Source: the human T2T-CHM13v2.0 reference genome, Homo sapiens
Direction: 5' to 3' (one strand)
Assembly: GCF_009914755.1 (NCBI RefSeq)
Contig: NC_060928.1
DNA length: 64,000 nucleotides
Shown here: in pieces, positions 14,323-28,512 of the stretch
Layout of the letters: every line of letters starts with the position of its first letter
How positions within the stretch are numbered: position 1 is the first letter of the stretch
The notes under the pieces: model-generated
The model's database searches: none
The model's input: the letters and a program-made list of their open reading frames with translations, nothing else
Told to the model about the DNA's origin: nothing
Program-made: the position numbers and the translations under genes

Positions 14323-14362
<40 letters not shown>
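14323..14362. repeat. (GT)20 microsatellite
   Basis: Perfect GT run. Confidence 0.97.
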
Positions 14363-14368
<6 letters not shown>

Positions 14369-17300
14369 AGCCAGAGAAGATATGGGTATTGGGCAATGAA
14401 GATGTTAGAACAGTCAACAGGCCTGGGAGTAATTGTTGGATATCTGAATGGAGACAAGTACATTACAGATGGCAGGATAAATTTTTCAAACATGGATGAG
14501 AACATTAATATAATCCAAGAAGTTGGAAGTTTAGGTTCAGAGAATATAAATAAATCAGCATGACCTCAGGAAAAGGCTGTGTTTGGGGATAGTGAGAATG
14601 ATAAGACATTTTGCTGGGACAGAATTATGGAAACTTTTTAGTGAGAAATACAGATTCAATGAAATAGGAAAGTATGGAGTGGAGTCCTGTGCTGAATGTG
14701 GTTTGTTTAATATGCTGAGTCTCACAGTGGGGTGCTTGTAAAATGAGCCTCAGGAAGGCAAGATTATCAACCAGTATATGTTAAGCAATGTGGGAGCTTA
14801 ATAAGGCCCTGGTGCATGCGGTGGCCGAGGAAATGGAATGGAAGAAAAGAACACATTCAATGTCAGGACAGAGGAACAGAAGGAGTCAGAGTGACAGAAA
14901 AATGTTGCACCTCAAAGAAAGCCCTAGAGTTAATGGCTTTAGAGAAAATAATAAATAACAAAGAGGAGCATGAGGATACTGCCTCTTCTTCTGTTCAAAA
15001 AGCTGGGCTGAGGATAGAAACAGAAGAATTGGACAAAAACTACCAAAAAAGAGCAAAAATAGTTCTCAAAAGACTTTCCTTTCAAGTTGGATTATTGCAT
15101 TAATTGATTGATTGGAACAGATACTAGATTTATACAATATAAATATACATCCACACATCCATGAATGAAAGTCTTTCTCACTGATTTCCATGGGGCAATT
15201 AGCCAAAGGTCTTTCATTTGCTCACAGGCAGCTCTACCCCCTTCTCTAAAACTGTCACGTAAGAAGGTAGCTGCAATTTTTAAAGTGAAGAGGAGAGGGA
15301 GAGCTCACTCGTGACTTATGAAACCATTTGGTTTGTTCACACCGTGGGTCTGCATCACTTCCCAGACAAGGATTGCGATTTTTAGTAGTTGCTTTACCGC
15401 AGGGCCAAGCACTTGGTCTGGTGTTGGTTCTCCATAAAGGTTTGTCGAAGTGAAGTGTACTATTATAATTATGTAAGCAGCACGCTGACTTATGAGAATT
15501 ATTGCTCAGGAGGGAGTTCTCGGGATCAAGGGTGGTTTGGTGGAGATTCCCAAGCGACACTAAGGGCAAAATGAGTCTATAATGGGTGAGAGCTGTATGG
15601 TTATTTATTTTTCTCTAAAAGAGTTTGGCAGAAAGAGAGTAGAGTCAAAGAAAGCTGAGAGTAGAACTAATACAAAATTGGATTTGTATGGAATGCTCAG
15701 TATAATGTCAAAGGAAGGAAGAAGTTAGTTTTGAAAATCTATAATACAGCCCACACCCCATTCAACTCTCTGTTTGCAATTTAAGGGAATTTCTCCAGTC
15801 ACTCTTCCCAGCAATAATTGTAGGTACCTCATTAAGCTGCCTCTAAATTGTATTGTATGAATATTTTATAAGGCAATTTCGTTCATCTAATCATCATATT
15901 GAGACTGATTAAAGAGGAGGGAAGGAATGGTTTATTTCTGATATCTGCACTATTTGTTGTTGTTGTTTAAAGGCACCTTCCTCTACAGAATTGGATTTTA
16001 TTATCCTAAAGCCATACATACTGTATTCAAAATTCTCTATTTGAAGTGGCCAATTCAGTACTGATTTCTAACAATGAAGTTTTAGAGAACATTTCTCTTT
16101 TGATGTTGTCAAAATTTTTCTTTCCATCACAGGAAAAAAGAAAAACTCATGACTAGTCAAAGTGTGTAGGCTTTGGCAAACGATCATCCTATACAGAAAA
16201 GTTGAAACTCTTTAAATTTTTAGAAGGATCTGTCCTCCTTGCAAGGAAGAGTAAGAGTCTCCAAGAATAATAAATATAGTCAATATGTAAGGCACATTTA
16301 TTTTCCAATTTTTAATAACCATGTTCACCCTTTAGTTATTTTCCTTTATTTAGCGATAATAACGTAATTTGACATCTAAGAATTTTTTTAATAAAAAAAG
16401 CAAAAATAATTCAAGACAAAGACAGAGGCACCAGCTATTTTCTGGAAGTATTGAGATGAATACCATAAGAAAGGAGAAAAAGAGGGTGAGACTTTTTTTT
16501 TCAAAAACATCATCTTTTAAACCCAGCACAAAGTAAAATTCCTCCAATGACAAATTATTGATTTAGTATAATATTATCAATAAGCACCTGAAACTTTCCT
16601 GAAAGGGAAATATTTTTAAAATTTATTAAGTAAGAGGCATTTTTGGGTGATGTGTTATGATTTGTAAAACAAAGAAAGCAATGGTTCCATTTACTGAATT
16701 GGCTAGAACTTATCTGGATTATGTTACTTTTCTGGATCAATTTGTTCAAAGAGATGTTCAGAATTAAAACATGTGCAGTGGAGGATGAACAGAATGGTGA
16801 GAGATTTAAATCTATCCAGGCTATCATAATGTTTAGCAAGGAGAAGAGTCAGCTTTGGAAAACACCCAATAAGTAATGTAAGCTATGTGACTGGTTATCA
16901 CTTAAGAAAATACTATTTCAATAGAGCCCAGAATACAGAAGAGCATTTGTGTGTTACAGGTAGACAAATTTAGGAAAAGCATACAGAAGAATAAATTTAA
17001 TAATTTTAACTATATAAAAAACTGTAGTATGTACACTCAGGAAATAGTGAGTTCTCCATCACCCTCAGCAGTCGGTAGACAAAAGATATTTTCCATAGAA
17101 CCCTTATAATACTTGAAAGGAGATTGTATGTGTAAAGTTTTAACTCCTTTTTAACTAAATATAAATAATATTACTTTTAATGAATACATTACAAATAATT
17201 TTGAACATACATTTGATTATAGGATACTATTATAAATAAGTTTTGAAAATTCATTCAAATATATGATGTATATGTATTATATGCTAAGTGTATATGTATT

Positions 17301-18331
17301 TTTTAAATATATAACCATTTTTGGTTTGCTCAATTGTCCTTTGTCAAGTTATTATTGTTATTTTTTGAGGTTCTTACGCATAACAAATGACCACATAAAA
17401 GGCCATTACTCAATGTGTGCTAAAACTTGCTCTTCTCACCAGTAAGTACTTTTAAGCTCAATTTGCCTGACTTTCTATATCCTTAGCCTGCGAAGATACA
17501 CCCTGGGCCAATTCATTTATATTATCTTGTGTATCTAACAAATTATAAAATAAAAATCAAATTAATATGGTCGACATCTCTTGAGGAATATCTGAAACTG
17601 TAGTTTTATTTGTTGTAGATCTGATTTGGGGGTTAGATATCTCATATTTCTAGGATGTTTCCCCATGAAACAAGCAGTCCGGAGATATTTTGCTATGTAG
17701 TGTAGCATTGCTATGTTATTTGCTTATGTATAAATTCAGAAGAATGAAAGTAAAATAAAATAATACAAAAAAAGCAAAAGGAGCTACATTGCATTCAAGT
17801 CACTTTGTAGTTAAATGGTTCCTTGAAATATAAGCAAAAGAACCTACCTGAATTTCCACCCAGTAGATGTACGAAACCTGGTTTCTATAATCTTCCTGGC
17901 TATGGAATTTAAAGAACTTAAAAAAAAAAACTGATTTCAGAAACTCCTGAGCCTACCATTAAAATATCCTTCCCTATAAAATGATTTTACTCATCACAGA
18001 TGTGTATTTTATAGTAGGTGGGATGCTCTGTCAGGTGTTTATAATTACAGAGATATTACCTGCCACCAAAATATTTACAAATTTGATTTTATAGTTAATG
18101 GTATGGAGAGGGAGCTTGTTTTGAGGGAACAGATAACAAGTCTTATGTTAGGCATATTTGAAATTTAAATCAATGGCAAAATATACAGGTTTAGGAGTCC
18201 TGAACATTGAGGAGAAGTTAAGTTCTAGAGTTCCTATTTAAGGATCATTCAGGTAGAAGTAGACTGTGATGCAAGAGAAAAACATGTCCAAGAAAGGTAT
18301 TGGGGCTGCCCTTTCTAAAGCAGATAGGATA

Positions 18332-20617
18332 TATAATAGTCTGTTCTCATGCTGCTATAAGGAACTGCCTGAGACTGAGTAATTTATAAAGAAAATAGGT
18401 TTAATTGACTCAGAGTTCCACAGGGCTGGAAAGACCTCAGGAAATTTACAATCATGGTAGAAGGGAAAGGAAACAGATCCCTCTTCACATGGCAGCAGAA
18501 AGGAGAATAATGAAAGCTGAGTGAAGGGGGAAGCCCCTTGAAAAACCATCAGAACTTGTGAGAACTTATGCACTATGGTGAAAATATCATGGGGGAAAAT
18601 GCCCCCATGATTCACTTACTTCCCACCAGATACCTCCTACCACACATGGGGATTATAGGAACTACAAGTCAGTATGAGATTTGAGTGGGGACATAGCCAA
18701 ACAGTATCATTTTACCCCTGACCCCTCCCAAATCTCATGTCCTCACATTTCCAAACACAATCATTCCTTTCCAACAGCCCCCCAGATTGTTAGCTCATTC
18801 CAGCATTAACCCAAAAGTCTAAGTCCAAAGTTTCATCTGAGACAAGGCAAGTCCATTCCACCTATGAGCCTGTAAAATCAAAAGCAAGTTAGTTACTTCC
18901 TAGATGCAGTGGAGGTTCAGGCATTGGGTAAATACACCCATTCCAAATGGGAGAAATTGACCAAAACAAAGAGGATACAGGCTCCCTTCAAGTCTGAAAT
19001 CCAGTGAGACAGTAAGTAAATCTTACAGCTCTGAAATAATCTCCTTTGATGCCATTTCTCATTCTAGGTCATATTGATGCAAGAGGTAGCTCCCATGGAC
19101 TTAGGTGGCTCTTCTCCTGTGGCTTTGCAGGGTACAGCTGCCCTTCTGGCTGCCTTTACAGGCTGGCATTGAGTGCCTGCTGCTTTACCAGGCACATGCT
19201 ACAAGCTGTAGGTGGATATACCATTATAGGGTCTGGAATACCATGGCCATCTTCTCATAGCTCCACTAGGCAAGTGCCCCAGTGGGGACTCTGTGTGGGG
19301 GCTCTGACCCCACATTTCCCTTCTGCACTGCCCTAGCAGAGGTTCTCCATGAGGTATCCACCCCAACAGCAAACTTCTGCCTGGACATCCAGGTGTTTCC
19401 ATATATCCTCCAAAATCTAGGTAGATGTTCCCAAACCTCAATTCTTGACTTCTGTGCACCCACAGGCTCAACACCATGTGGAAGCTGCTAAGGCTTGGGG
19501 ATTGCACCCTATGGGGCCATGGCCTGAGCTGTACTTTAGCCCCTTTAAGCCACAGCTGGAGCAGCTAGGACACAGGGCACTAAGTCCCTAGGCTGCACAC
19601 AGCAGCAGGGGCCTAGGCCTGGCTCACAAAACCATTTTTTTCTCCTAGGCTTCTGGGCCTGTGATGGGAGGGGCTTCCATGAAGATCTCTGACATGCCCT
19701 GGAGACATTTGCTCCATTGTCTTGGTGATTACCATTTGGCTTCTTGTTGCTTATGCAAATTTCTGCAGCGGGCTTGAATTTCTTTCCAGGAAAGGGGTTT
19801 TCTTTTCTACTGCATCATCAGGCGGCAAAGTTTTCAAATTTTTATGCTCTGCTTCCTCTTGAATGCTTTGCCACTTAGAAATTTCTTCTGCCAGATACCC
19901 TAAATCATCTCTCTCAAGTTCAAAATTCCACAGATCTCTGGGCAGAGGCAAAATGTGTCTTTGCCTAGCAAGAGTGACCTTTACTCCAGTTCCCAACAAA
20001 TTCCCCATCTCCATCAGAGACCACCTCAGCCTGGACTTCATTGCCTATATCACTATTAGTATTTTGGTCAAAGCCAATTCAACAAGTCTTTAGGAAATTC
20101 CAAACATTCCCACAATTTTTCTGTCTTCTTCTGAGCCCTCCAAACTGTTGCAACCTCTACCTGTTACCCAGTTCCAAAGTCACTTCCACGTTTTTGGGTA
20201 CCTATATAGCAGCACCCCACTCTTTGTGGTACCAACTTACTGTATTAGTCTGTTATCATGCTGCTATAAAGAACTACCTGAGACTGGATAATTTGTAAAG
20301 AAAAGAGATGTAATTGACTCACAGTTCTGCAGTGCTGGGGAGGCCTCAGGAAACTTTCAATCATGGCAGAAGGGGAAGCAAACATGTCCTTCTTCACATG
20401 GCAGCAGGAAGGAGAAGAATGAGAGCCAAGTGAAGGGGGAAGCCCATTAGAAAACCATCAGATCTTGTGAGAACTTACTCACCATCACGAGAATAGGATG
20501 GGCGAAACTGCCCCCATGATTCAATTACCATCCATTGGCTCCCTCTTACCACATGTGGGGATTTGGGAACTATAACTCAATATGAGATTTGTGTGGGGAC
20601 ACAGCCAAACTGTATCA
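18332..20617 (-). mobile_element. Full-length THE1C-type MaLR element (LTR 18332-18709, internal 18710-20240, LTR 20241-20617)
   Basis: Two homologous ~377-bp THE1 LTRs in the same orientation flank ~1.5 kb of THE1-int sequence. 5-bp TSD GGATA (18327-18331) / GGATG (20618-20622). Confidence 0.92.
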
Positions 20618-23613
20618 GGATGCTTGAGGTAGTCAGGGGAGGAAATGAGAATGAAGCTCTGGACTGTGGAGAGTCTCCTGCTAAAATATTAAATCTCTAA
20701 AGCAAGTCTAAAAGCTGCCAATCTATTGAAAAATAATCCATGCTACCCTTCGCCTTGGCTGTACTGGTAATGCTGTGGCACACATTAATCTACTGATGAA
20801 CCTTTAAAATTCTATCCAGGAATCCTCTTTAGATTACAAATCATCCTACAGTGGATAGGGCAGGGTCAATAGAAAGGTTCAATCCCTTCATTTTCAGAGG
20901 GCATTTGGTTTTGGAAAGGTAACTCTCAAAGGCATATACCTCAAGGAAAGCATCACCTCACCCATGCTAAGAAAACCCCACTGTTAAAACTCTAGTAGAA
21001 AACCCAAGAAAACACCTTTACTCAGGTATAAGTGAGTTGGCTGCTTATTAGTGTGACATGTGACATGCTATGTTTAAGTGCCTACTAGGCTGTTAAGTAC
21101 ATGTTACACTTGTCACTTACATGATTTGACATTTCTCAATACAAAGAGAAAAATGACAACCAATATATCTAGAGTTTTAAAAAGTAATGATACATTCTGA
21201 GTATATGAGGCTAAGCAACGAAAAAGATACAATTACATGTTTATGTAAATACTGAGAAACATATTAAGCTAAAATTATATGATAAAAACAAACCTTAGAA
21301 ACCTGATTGATAGCCATATGTAGCAGATCATACAGTAACTTTTGCACTTGTGTGAGTTTCAGTAGAAACATCCTGCTTTTGTCTTATTTACTTTATTGTA
21401 TCTGCACCCTTTTGGCAAAGAACACAAGAAAACAGGATTTTACATATAGTAAAAACCCATGTTTTTGTAGATCACTTTATTCCAGATTTATCCATGGGTC
21501 TAATGCCATTCCCCCATAAATTAAAATTTGCAAACCATAATACAAAAACTATCTGTATTATCTTTATCTTTTATTCACTTTATTTTCCTAGTCCACAATT
21601 TGCCTATTAGATTATGATCAAATTTAACATCTCAACATTAATGAAAATCAATAGCAGGAACTCAGATAGACAGAATTTAAATTGGTGCCTAGAGAAATCC
21701 CTCAATGCCCTCCTCTTACTACAGAAGAAGCCAGAGTTGTGGCTCCAGAGAGTTTCCGCCATTTACTGGCCAATTTTCAATGAGGTAATTCTAGTCATAA
21801 ATCTTAGTAGGGAAACACTATTGTTGAACACTATAGGTGTTCCATTAATTGAGAGGAACATTGGGTCTGAGATAATACTCTACCTACCCAAGGGCCTTCT
21901 TGTTCTCCTGTGTTTGGGTGCACTCAGTTATAAAAAATAAAAAATAAAAACCTGCACTGATTTAACTCTGGCCATTGCAACTGGGATTTCCAAATGCTAA
22001 GTGCTAATGCATGATTTAAAAGTATGCTATTTCCTCATTCCTTTTGGGTTGCAAAGCTTTTGTCTCTAAGTTAGAAACATCAAGGTCACTTGAAGGTCAG
22101 ACAGAATAAACCACATGATGTAAACATCTGTGGTTGGGTTATGCTACATGAACAATTCTGTGGTCTCTTAAATTGGACTTCTAGGTTTGAAATCTGTTCA
22201 TTTAGAGACTAAAAACGAAAGTTATTTGATTTGATTTTAGTTGATCCAATATCTTCTGAAAGATTAAAATATTACAGCTTAGATAGAATCAATAATGAAG
22301 ATAAAGGGAAATTTTAAAGTCTGTAGTCATTTTAGTCATGGCTAAATCCTATAAACCCCAATAATTTAAATAAAACTTTGGAAGTTAATCTCGTAGTAAC
22401 AATTTGAGTTGACTAGTTATATAGTTAAAATACATCACATCAAATTATCTCAAAATGTTTACAACTCCGATACAGATTTTTTTTTCAGACAGCATATAAT
22501 TTTCTTTATGGAAACTCATTATTCGATGGTACACAAATAAAAAATTATGAAGAACAAGAATGTCACTCTGAGTTCCAAATCGAACAATCTCTTTTTTTCT
22601 ATGATAGGTTAGTCAATGATAAATGAGATGAAAGATACTTGGAGCTTCCCTTGATATGTAATTCTTCTTGAATTGCATCATTCTGGGATGTTAATGTGTT
22701 TTTCCTGTCACATTATGAGATATAATACAGCTCTGGAAAGACTGGCAGTAAAGAAACATTGAGGACTAGAAATTAATTTCCTCAGTGGTTCCTGAAAAAT
22801 TTCATTAGCCCGGAGGGTTAATTTTACAGTTTTAGTGCAATCATTATTTATCATCTCTTGGTTTATGGGAAAGAATTAGAGTTATTAGCTATTAAATTAT
22901 CCATGAAAATTTGACACTCCTTTAGACCAAACAAACCCTAGGGCTTGCTGATTTTCCCAGTGTGAAACATCTGTGGCTTCAGCTAGAAAGAACTTAACAT
23001 TGTCTAATTAGATTTCTAAGATTTATAAGGTTCAAATACTTCATTATTAGAAACTGGAGAATTAGTGCAAAAGGTTAAATTCTCACTTATTCAAGTTTAT
23101 TTAAAACATCCTTAAATATAAGTGCATTTTAAAAAAATCAAGAGTGTTGGTTTGTAATTTAGTCAAGCCAAGCATGAAGTGCCTAGATATCTATGATCAC
23201 TTTTAGATATCTGGTATAAATGGGTACACAACTTTCCTTGGAAAATATTGGAAATAATTTGATATTGATTAGATAGTACTGGAGAAATTGTAAACGTTAT
23301 CACTTTTCCCAAACCATTGAATTAAAGGTACATGTACTTGCTAAAGGTATTTATTAGTCTCTGATTCTTGGTTATCTGAGGAATACAAGACAAACAATAT
23401 CAACTTAAGAAGTATTATTAGTTTTACAAACTTCCTGCATCTGTTCCTTCTGTGTGTTTTTACTATGAAAAATGTTCAAAAGAAATTAAGGTCTAGACTA
23501 GGGGATTAGTAAAGATATTGCAGTCTCCATTTTATTTTTGTGATATTCTCCCAAGGAAACCAACGGGCTTGTTTCTTAGACCTTTCCATATAGGAGACAG
23601 TGAAATTCAAATG

Positions 23614-23614
<1 letters not shown>

Positions 23615-23651
<37 letters not shown>
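23615..23651. repeat. Poly(T)37 mononucleotide tract
   Basis: Uninterrupted T run with no adjacent Alu body seen. Confidence 0.95.
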
Positions 23652-23653
<2 letters not shown>

Positions 23654-24861
23654 AACAGAGAGAACAAGTTTGGATGTAAATATCTGGGATGTCCACTCTT
23701 CTTTCAGGCTGCTAAACAAGGTAGCAAAGTTTTTTCTGCCAACTGAGCTGCCACTTACCATCTTAACCCTACATTTTTAGGAATTCATCTCATCCAAGTT
23801 GGCTACAGGGGTTATGTTGACAACAGAACCCTGCTGCCACTATATATGAGAGCTCTCCAAGTAACTAGAACCCTACACTGCCAAATAGAACTTGCAGCTT
23901 TCACCTCAGGGGTAGGACATGTTTTTCTTCCTACCTCGAAAAAAGACATTGCATTGTACGCTGATGGATTTCAAGAACTTATGCTTAATTGGTTCATTCA
24001 ACATACAGATAGCCTCAGTTATTTAAAAAAATATGAAAATAAATTCAAGTAAGTGATTTAAGCAGATAATAAATGTCACATATATGATAGATTTAGATAA
24101 TTTTAACATCTAAACATTTAAGGTGGTCATACACAAAAAAAGGAAGATCATTTGTCCTTGATATTGATGTTTTTTCAAATACCAACTAGAATTCTTTTCC
24201 ATTCTGGTTTGCAATAATTTTATTTTAGTTGAGAATAATGAATATAAAAATACATCAAATATTAGAGAGACTGTTAAACTTCAACATAATACACAACAGT
24301 TGGTCAAAGTATTTCAAAAACTCCCTTTTGCATATAATATGGATATAGTGAAATTATGGATATCAGGAGAAGCCTTAACATCTATAAGAAGAGAAATCCC
24401 CTCTTTTATCAAGTGGAAGAAATAAGAAAAGTGGAAAATTGCCCAACAAACAAATGATCATTAAACCTCGGGGAATAGAAAAGAAGATATGATCATTGAT
24501 CACTATCCTGTGGGAAATTCCAGTCGAGGGGGCTGATAGAATCAAACAAACTACACTAAAAAATAAATGCTAAAGGGAGGCAAAGACAATAGCCGCAACG
24601 GGATTTTTTTAAGTGAGAATAATCAATGTGAGTTTCTATAAAGAATAAATTCATGGAGAAAGGGAGGACCTAAAACGTGTGTGAGACTTCATGCACCAGA
24701 AAGCCAGGTACGGTCTCCCCAGGCAAGGTAAGAAGGGAAGGGAAGAAGACAGATTGAAACATGAGAAGCCCTAAGGATTACGGTGGTAGGACAGCGTAGT
24801 TGGAGTGAAGGGCTCACTTCTGCACTCCCCACACTCCCCCACTGTTAGTATGTAGATTTAG

Positions 24862-25300
24862 TAGATGCAGGAGGCAGATGAGGCAGATGAGGAGGGTGCC
24901 CGGAAAATCTCTGGCTCGCCCCACAAATGCTACATCAGATGCTTTTGTGTAGATGAGGGAAACTTCCCGGGATCTTGTCTGTGCATGCCCACAGTGGACT
25001 GGGGGCTTGCCTGTGCACTGGGAGAATGGGGTGGAGCCACAGGGAAATTCATGCCTTGTGCAGTGGGGAGGAGCCTGGCCTCTTCAGCTTGTGTAGATGG
25101 CGGCTTGGTAATCAATCTGTTAAGTGAGGGCCTGTTAGCAGGACCCCTCCCGCTTTGCTGAGAGTTTTTTTTCCTTTTTTCCTTTTCACCCAATAAATTT
25201 TGCTCTAGGCACTCTTCAACATGTCCACATGCCTAATCGTCCCTGATAGTGTGACAAGAACCCCGTTTTAGGTGAAATAAGAAGCAAAGATTCTGCAACA
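24862..25300 (+). mobile_element. MER61-like solo LTR (ERV1)
   Basis: tagatgcaggaggcag...ctgggagaatggggtggagccacaggg...aataaa...gacaagaacc...ctgcaaca matches recalled MER61-family LTRs. Confidence 0.7.
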
Positions 25301-25344
25301 GGTTCATTATTTTACGCGTTTGTGAAGATTAAATCCCAACTATC

Positions 25345-25735
25345 TGTATTAGACTGCTCAGGCTACCATAACAGAATAACATAGATTAGATGACTGTAGA
25401 TGACTGGAAGAAGACAAGTTTATTTTCTCACAGTTCTGGCGACTGCAAGTCCAAGATTAAGATGCCGGTAAGGTCGGTGAGGCCTCATTTCCTGGCTTGC
25501 AGACAGCTGCCTTCTCACTGTGACCTCACATGGCCTTTCCTCTGTGTGTACACATCTCTGGTGTCTCTCCTTTTTCGTGTATAGACTCCAATTCTGTTTG
25601 ATTAGGGACCTGACCTTATGATCTTATTTAACCTTAACTACCTCCTTAAAGGCTCTATCTCCAAATACGGTCACATTGCAGGTTAGAAGTTCAACATTAA
25701 TTTCGCAGGGAATACACAATTCAGCCCACACAACT
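25345..25735 (-). mobile_element. MLT1A/MLT1B-type solo LTR (MaLR)
   Basis: tgtattagactgctcaggctaccataac...ctcacagttctgg...ctatctccaaatacggtcaca...caattcagcccaca, flanked by CTATC on both sides. Confidence 0.85.
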
Positions 25736-27450
25736 CTATCTGCAACTTTACCTTCAGTTTCCCAAGATTGGCCTAGGCTATCATCTCAGAAGGAGAATAT
25801 CTTCACAACCTTACTTACTATTTGAACCCTCCCACCTGTTTCCCATACTCACAGTGAGGCCTAGAACAGTAAATCTGAAAAAAAGGAGCAGCTAATTTGC
25901 TCAAAAAAAATTAATTCAAGGAGATGTCTTTGGGAATGAGGCTTTCAAAAGAAAAAAGATGGTGAAAATAAAACAACTCCCTGGTAAAAACTGAAATAGT
26001 GATCACTGGAGTTAGATTTTTGAAATATATGTCGGCTAATTTTAATGTATCACTTTGGGTTAGTGTTTCTAATAAGAGAACCTACCATGAGTTAAAGCTG
26101 TAACCTGATTTTCTTTCTCCTTTTTGCTTTTGACTGTTCATTTTCTATTTTATCCCATTCCAAAAAAATAGAGTAGTGCACATCCCTTTAAAAAGCCTCA
26201 ACAATGGAAGAAAAGATATATTTATTGATGTCTTTTGAAAATGTACCGCCCCTTTAATTTGAGCAGCAACCAAATATGATAATTTGTATTCTCCAACATG
26301 AGGAGGACTATCCAGAATTTATAAACTTGTATAAGTGAAATAAAGCTCTATTTTGACCTGTAAATTTTCAGTCAAGCTTTCCTTCAATAGTCCTAAAAAG
26401 CCATAAAATGACTTTTGAAAAAAAATTATAGATAATGAATTTTAGGCTTAACCGAAGAAATCTATAATAGAAAAATAGTTCTCCAAAACTCTGAGTATAA
26501 CAGGAAGTATAATACAATCCTAGATACTAAAATCAATTTTCACATGCACAACTGGAAAGGTTGTATCAGTTTCAAATATGATGTGAAAGAAAGGAATCTG
26601 TCATACAATTGTCTTATTCTTTAAAAGACATGAACTTTTTTAAGATTCAAAATATGCTGAAATTAATCGAGACTATTCTTTGGATTTGAAACTAACTCCT
26701 AATCATACAATAGGGGCACTTATTTCTTTGTCATCTGGAATTGATGAGGCTGTTAGATGCTAATTTCAGGGTGTCACTAGCAACCATTTTGGGAGTAAAG
26801 ATTGATTTGAATAACAGTGGGTTTTCCTTGCGGTAAAGTAGAAATACAATTAGAGGAGGAAGCTCATAATTTATCTCAGCTTTATGTAAAAATATTATCA
26901 AAAAGGATAAGAGCAACTAACAAATGCTAAAATGTGCCAAGAATTTTAAATCTTCTGTCTGGTTTAAACAAGAATCTGTATCAAATTTTCTTTATGTTAG
27001 TTAGTCTTAAAAATATTGGTAAAAATACTGGTATAGATAGATTTAGATTTAGATATTACATCTAGAATTAGGTTAAACAAGATCTGGTAACGTATGTTAC
27101 TGTGTTACTTGAGCTTGCAAGTGGTTGGAATTTATATCATTGAAAAGATGTCATGATTTTCCAGAAGCCTCAATAATAGCTATTTTTCAGAATGAAAACT
27201 CATTTTTATGAACTTAGAAAAATTGCATGAAAGTATTTCATTGGCTTGTAATATGATTCTAGAAGTTGATATTAGGACATCTGGATAGATTATGAAATGT
27301 CTGTTTAGTAGGCTCCAATTCAGGGCATAATATTTAGCAACAGAATCTGTAATTTATGCTTTATACTGCAAACTTCTGTGGTTTAATTAAATTTGAGTAT
27401 TTAAGTGTTATAATAATTATTTATCTAGAATTTCTTTCTAAATCACAATC

Positions 27451-28372
27451 TGATGTAGGATATTTTCTTGACCTGTTAAAGGACCTGCAACAGTGGTGCC
27501 TCATTTACTCGGCCCACCCTGCTCAATCCCTCGCGGGAGGGAGCATGTGAGCAAACAAGTGTGGGAACTGGAGCGAGCAGGTACGGGAGCCAGCTGGTGG
27601 CCCAACAGGAGCAAACTCCATTCACTTGGTCCACTGGGCTCCACCCCTCACAGTGGGGAGCACACAAGCGAAGGAGTATAGAAACCAGTTGCCCACTTCA
27701 TCACTGGTGGGAGCAAACTTCAGGAAGATCCGACAACCATGTTACAATGCTCTCTTAGCTCTGCCATCTGCAGACAGCAGTGACCTGTCAGCTCAATGCA
27801 CCCCTTGACCCTTACCTCATTGTGTGGAGTGGCTGCCCACCGCATCGAGGGAAAAGGGCGGTGTGACAGCCTTTTTGGGTACCTGCATGTGGTGCATCCC
27901 AAATTCTTGTCCAGTGCCCAAGAGGAATGAGGTCACATGAATGAATTGAGGGATGGTGAACGTGGAGAATTTTACTGGGTGGTGAAAGTGGCTCTTAGAG
28001 GACTTGACTTCAGGGGAGAGCCCCCTCTCTGCTTTTCTCTTCTGGCCTCATCCAGCCACGGTCTCAAAGTTGCCTCTTCGCGATATCCAGCCACTTCTTC
28101 CCAGTCTCCAGCCACTTCTGTCTGCCAGCTAAGTCTGGGGCCTTAATGAGCAAAAGATGTGGGTCAGGTGGGTGGTAGGTAGTTTTGGAAAAGGCGACAT
28201 TAGATTGGTAAAAAGACATTCTTCAGAAAGAACCAATTGAGGGAGAGCACGCCCACAGGAATGGGAGTTCTCACTTTGGGCTGTGACTTTCAGGCTTTTA
28301 AGCTTAAAAGTAGGGTTTCCTCAGGGACACACCCCTGTCTACAAAGAATTTCTCTGCCTGCTGTCACTATCA
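27451..28372 (-). mobile_element. LTR27/LTR28-like solo LTR (ERV1)
   Basis: tgatgtaggatattttcttgacc...ctgcctgctgtcactatca, with TG...CA termini and a 4-bp TSD AATC (27447-27450, 28373-28376). Confidence 0.8.
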
Positions 28373-28512
28373 AATCCATATATTAACAGTTTCAAGTAGT
28401 GTTTTTGAGTAGTTTACCTATGAGCAATTTTTGCCCAATGATTCACTTTATCTTTTTAATAACAGAATTTCTATAACCCCAGAATGTGGATTCTTACCGA
28501 CATTTATATAAT

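Noticed and set aside
19046-20298. Cluster of 65-102 aa ORFs
   Set aside because: They are fragments of the decayed THE1 internal region with no intact long ORF.
21614-21940. 108-aa ORF in unique sequence (similarly 14816, 45426, 58646)
   Set aside because: No recognisable domain or splice support, and the length is within chance expectation for six frames of 64 kb.
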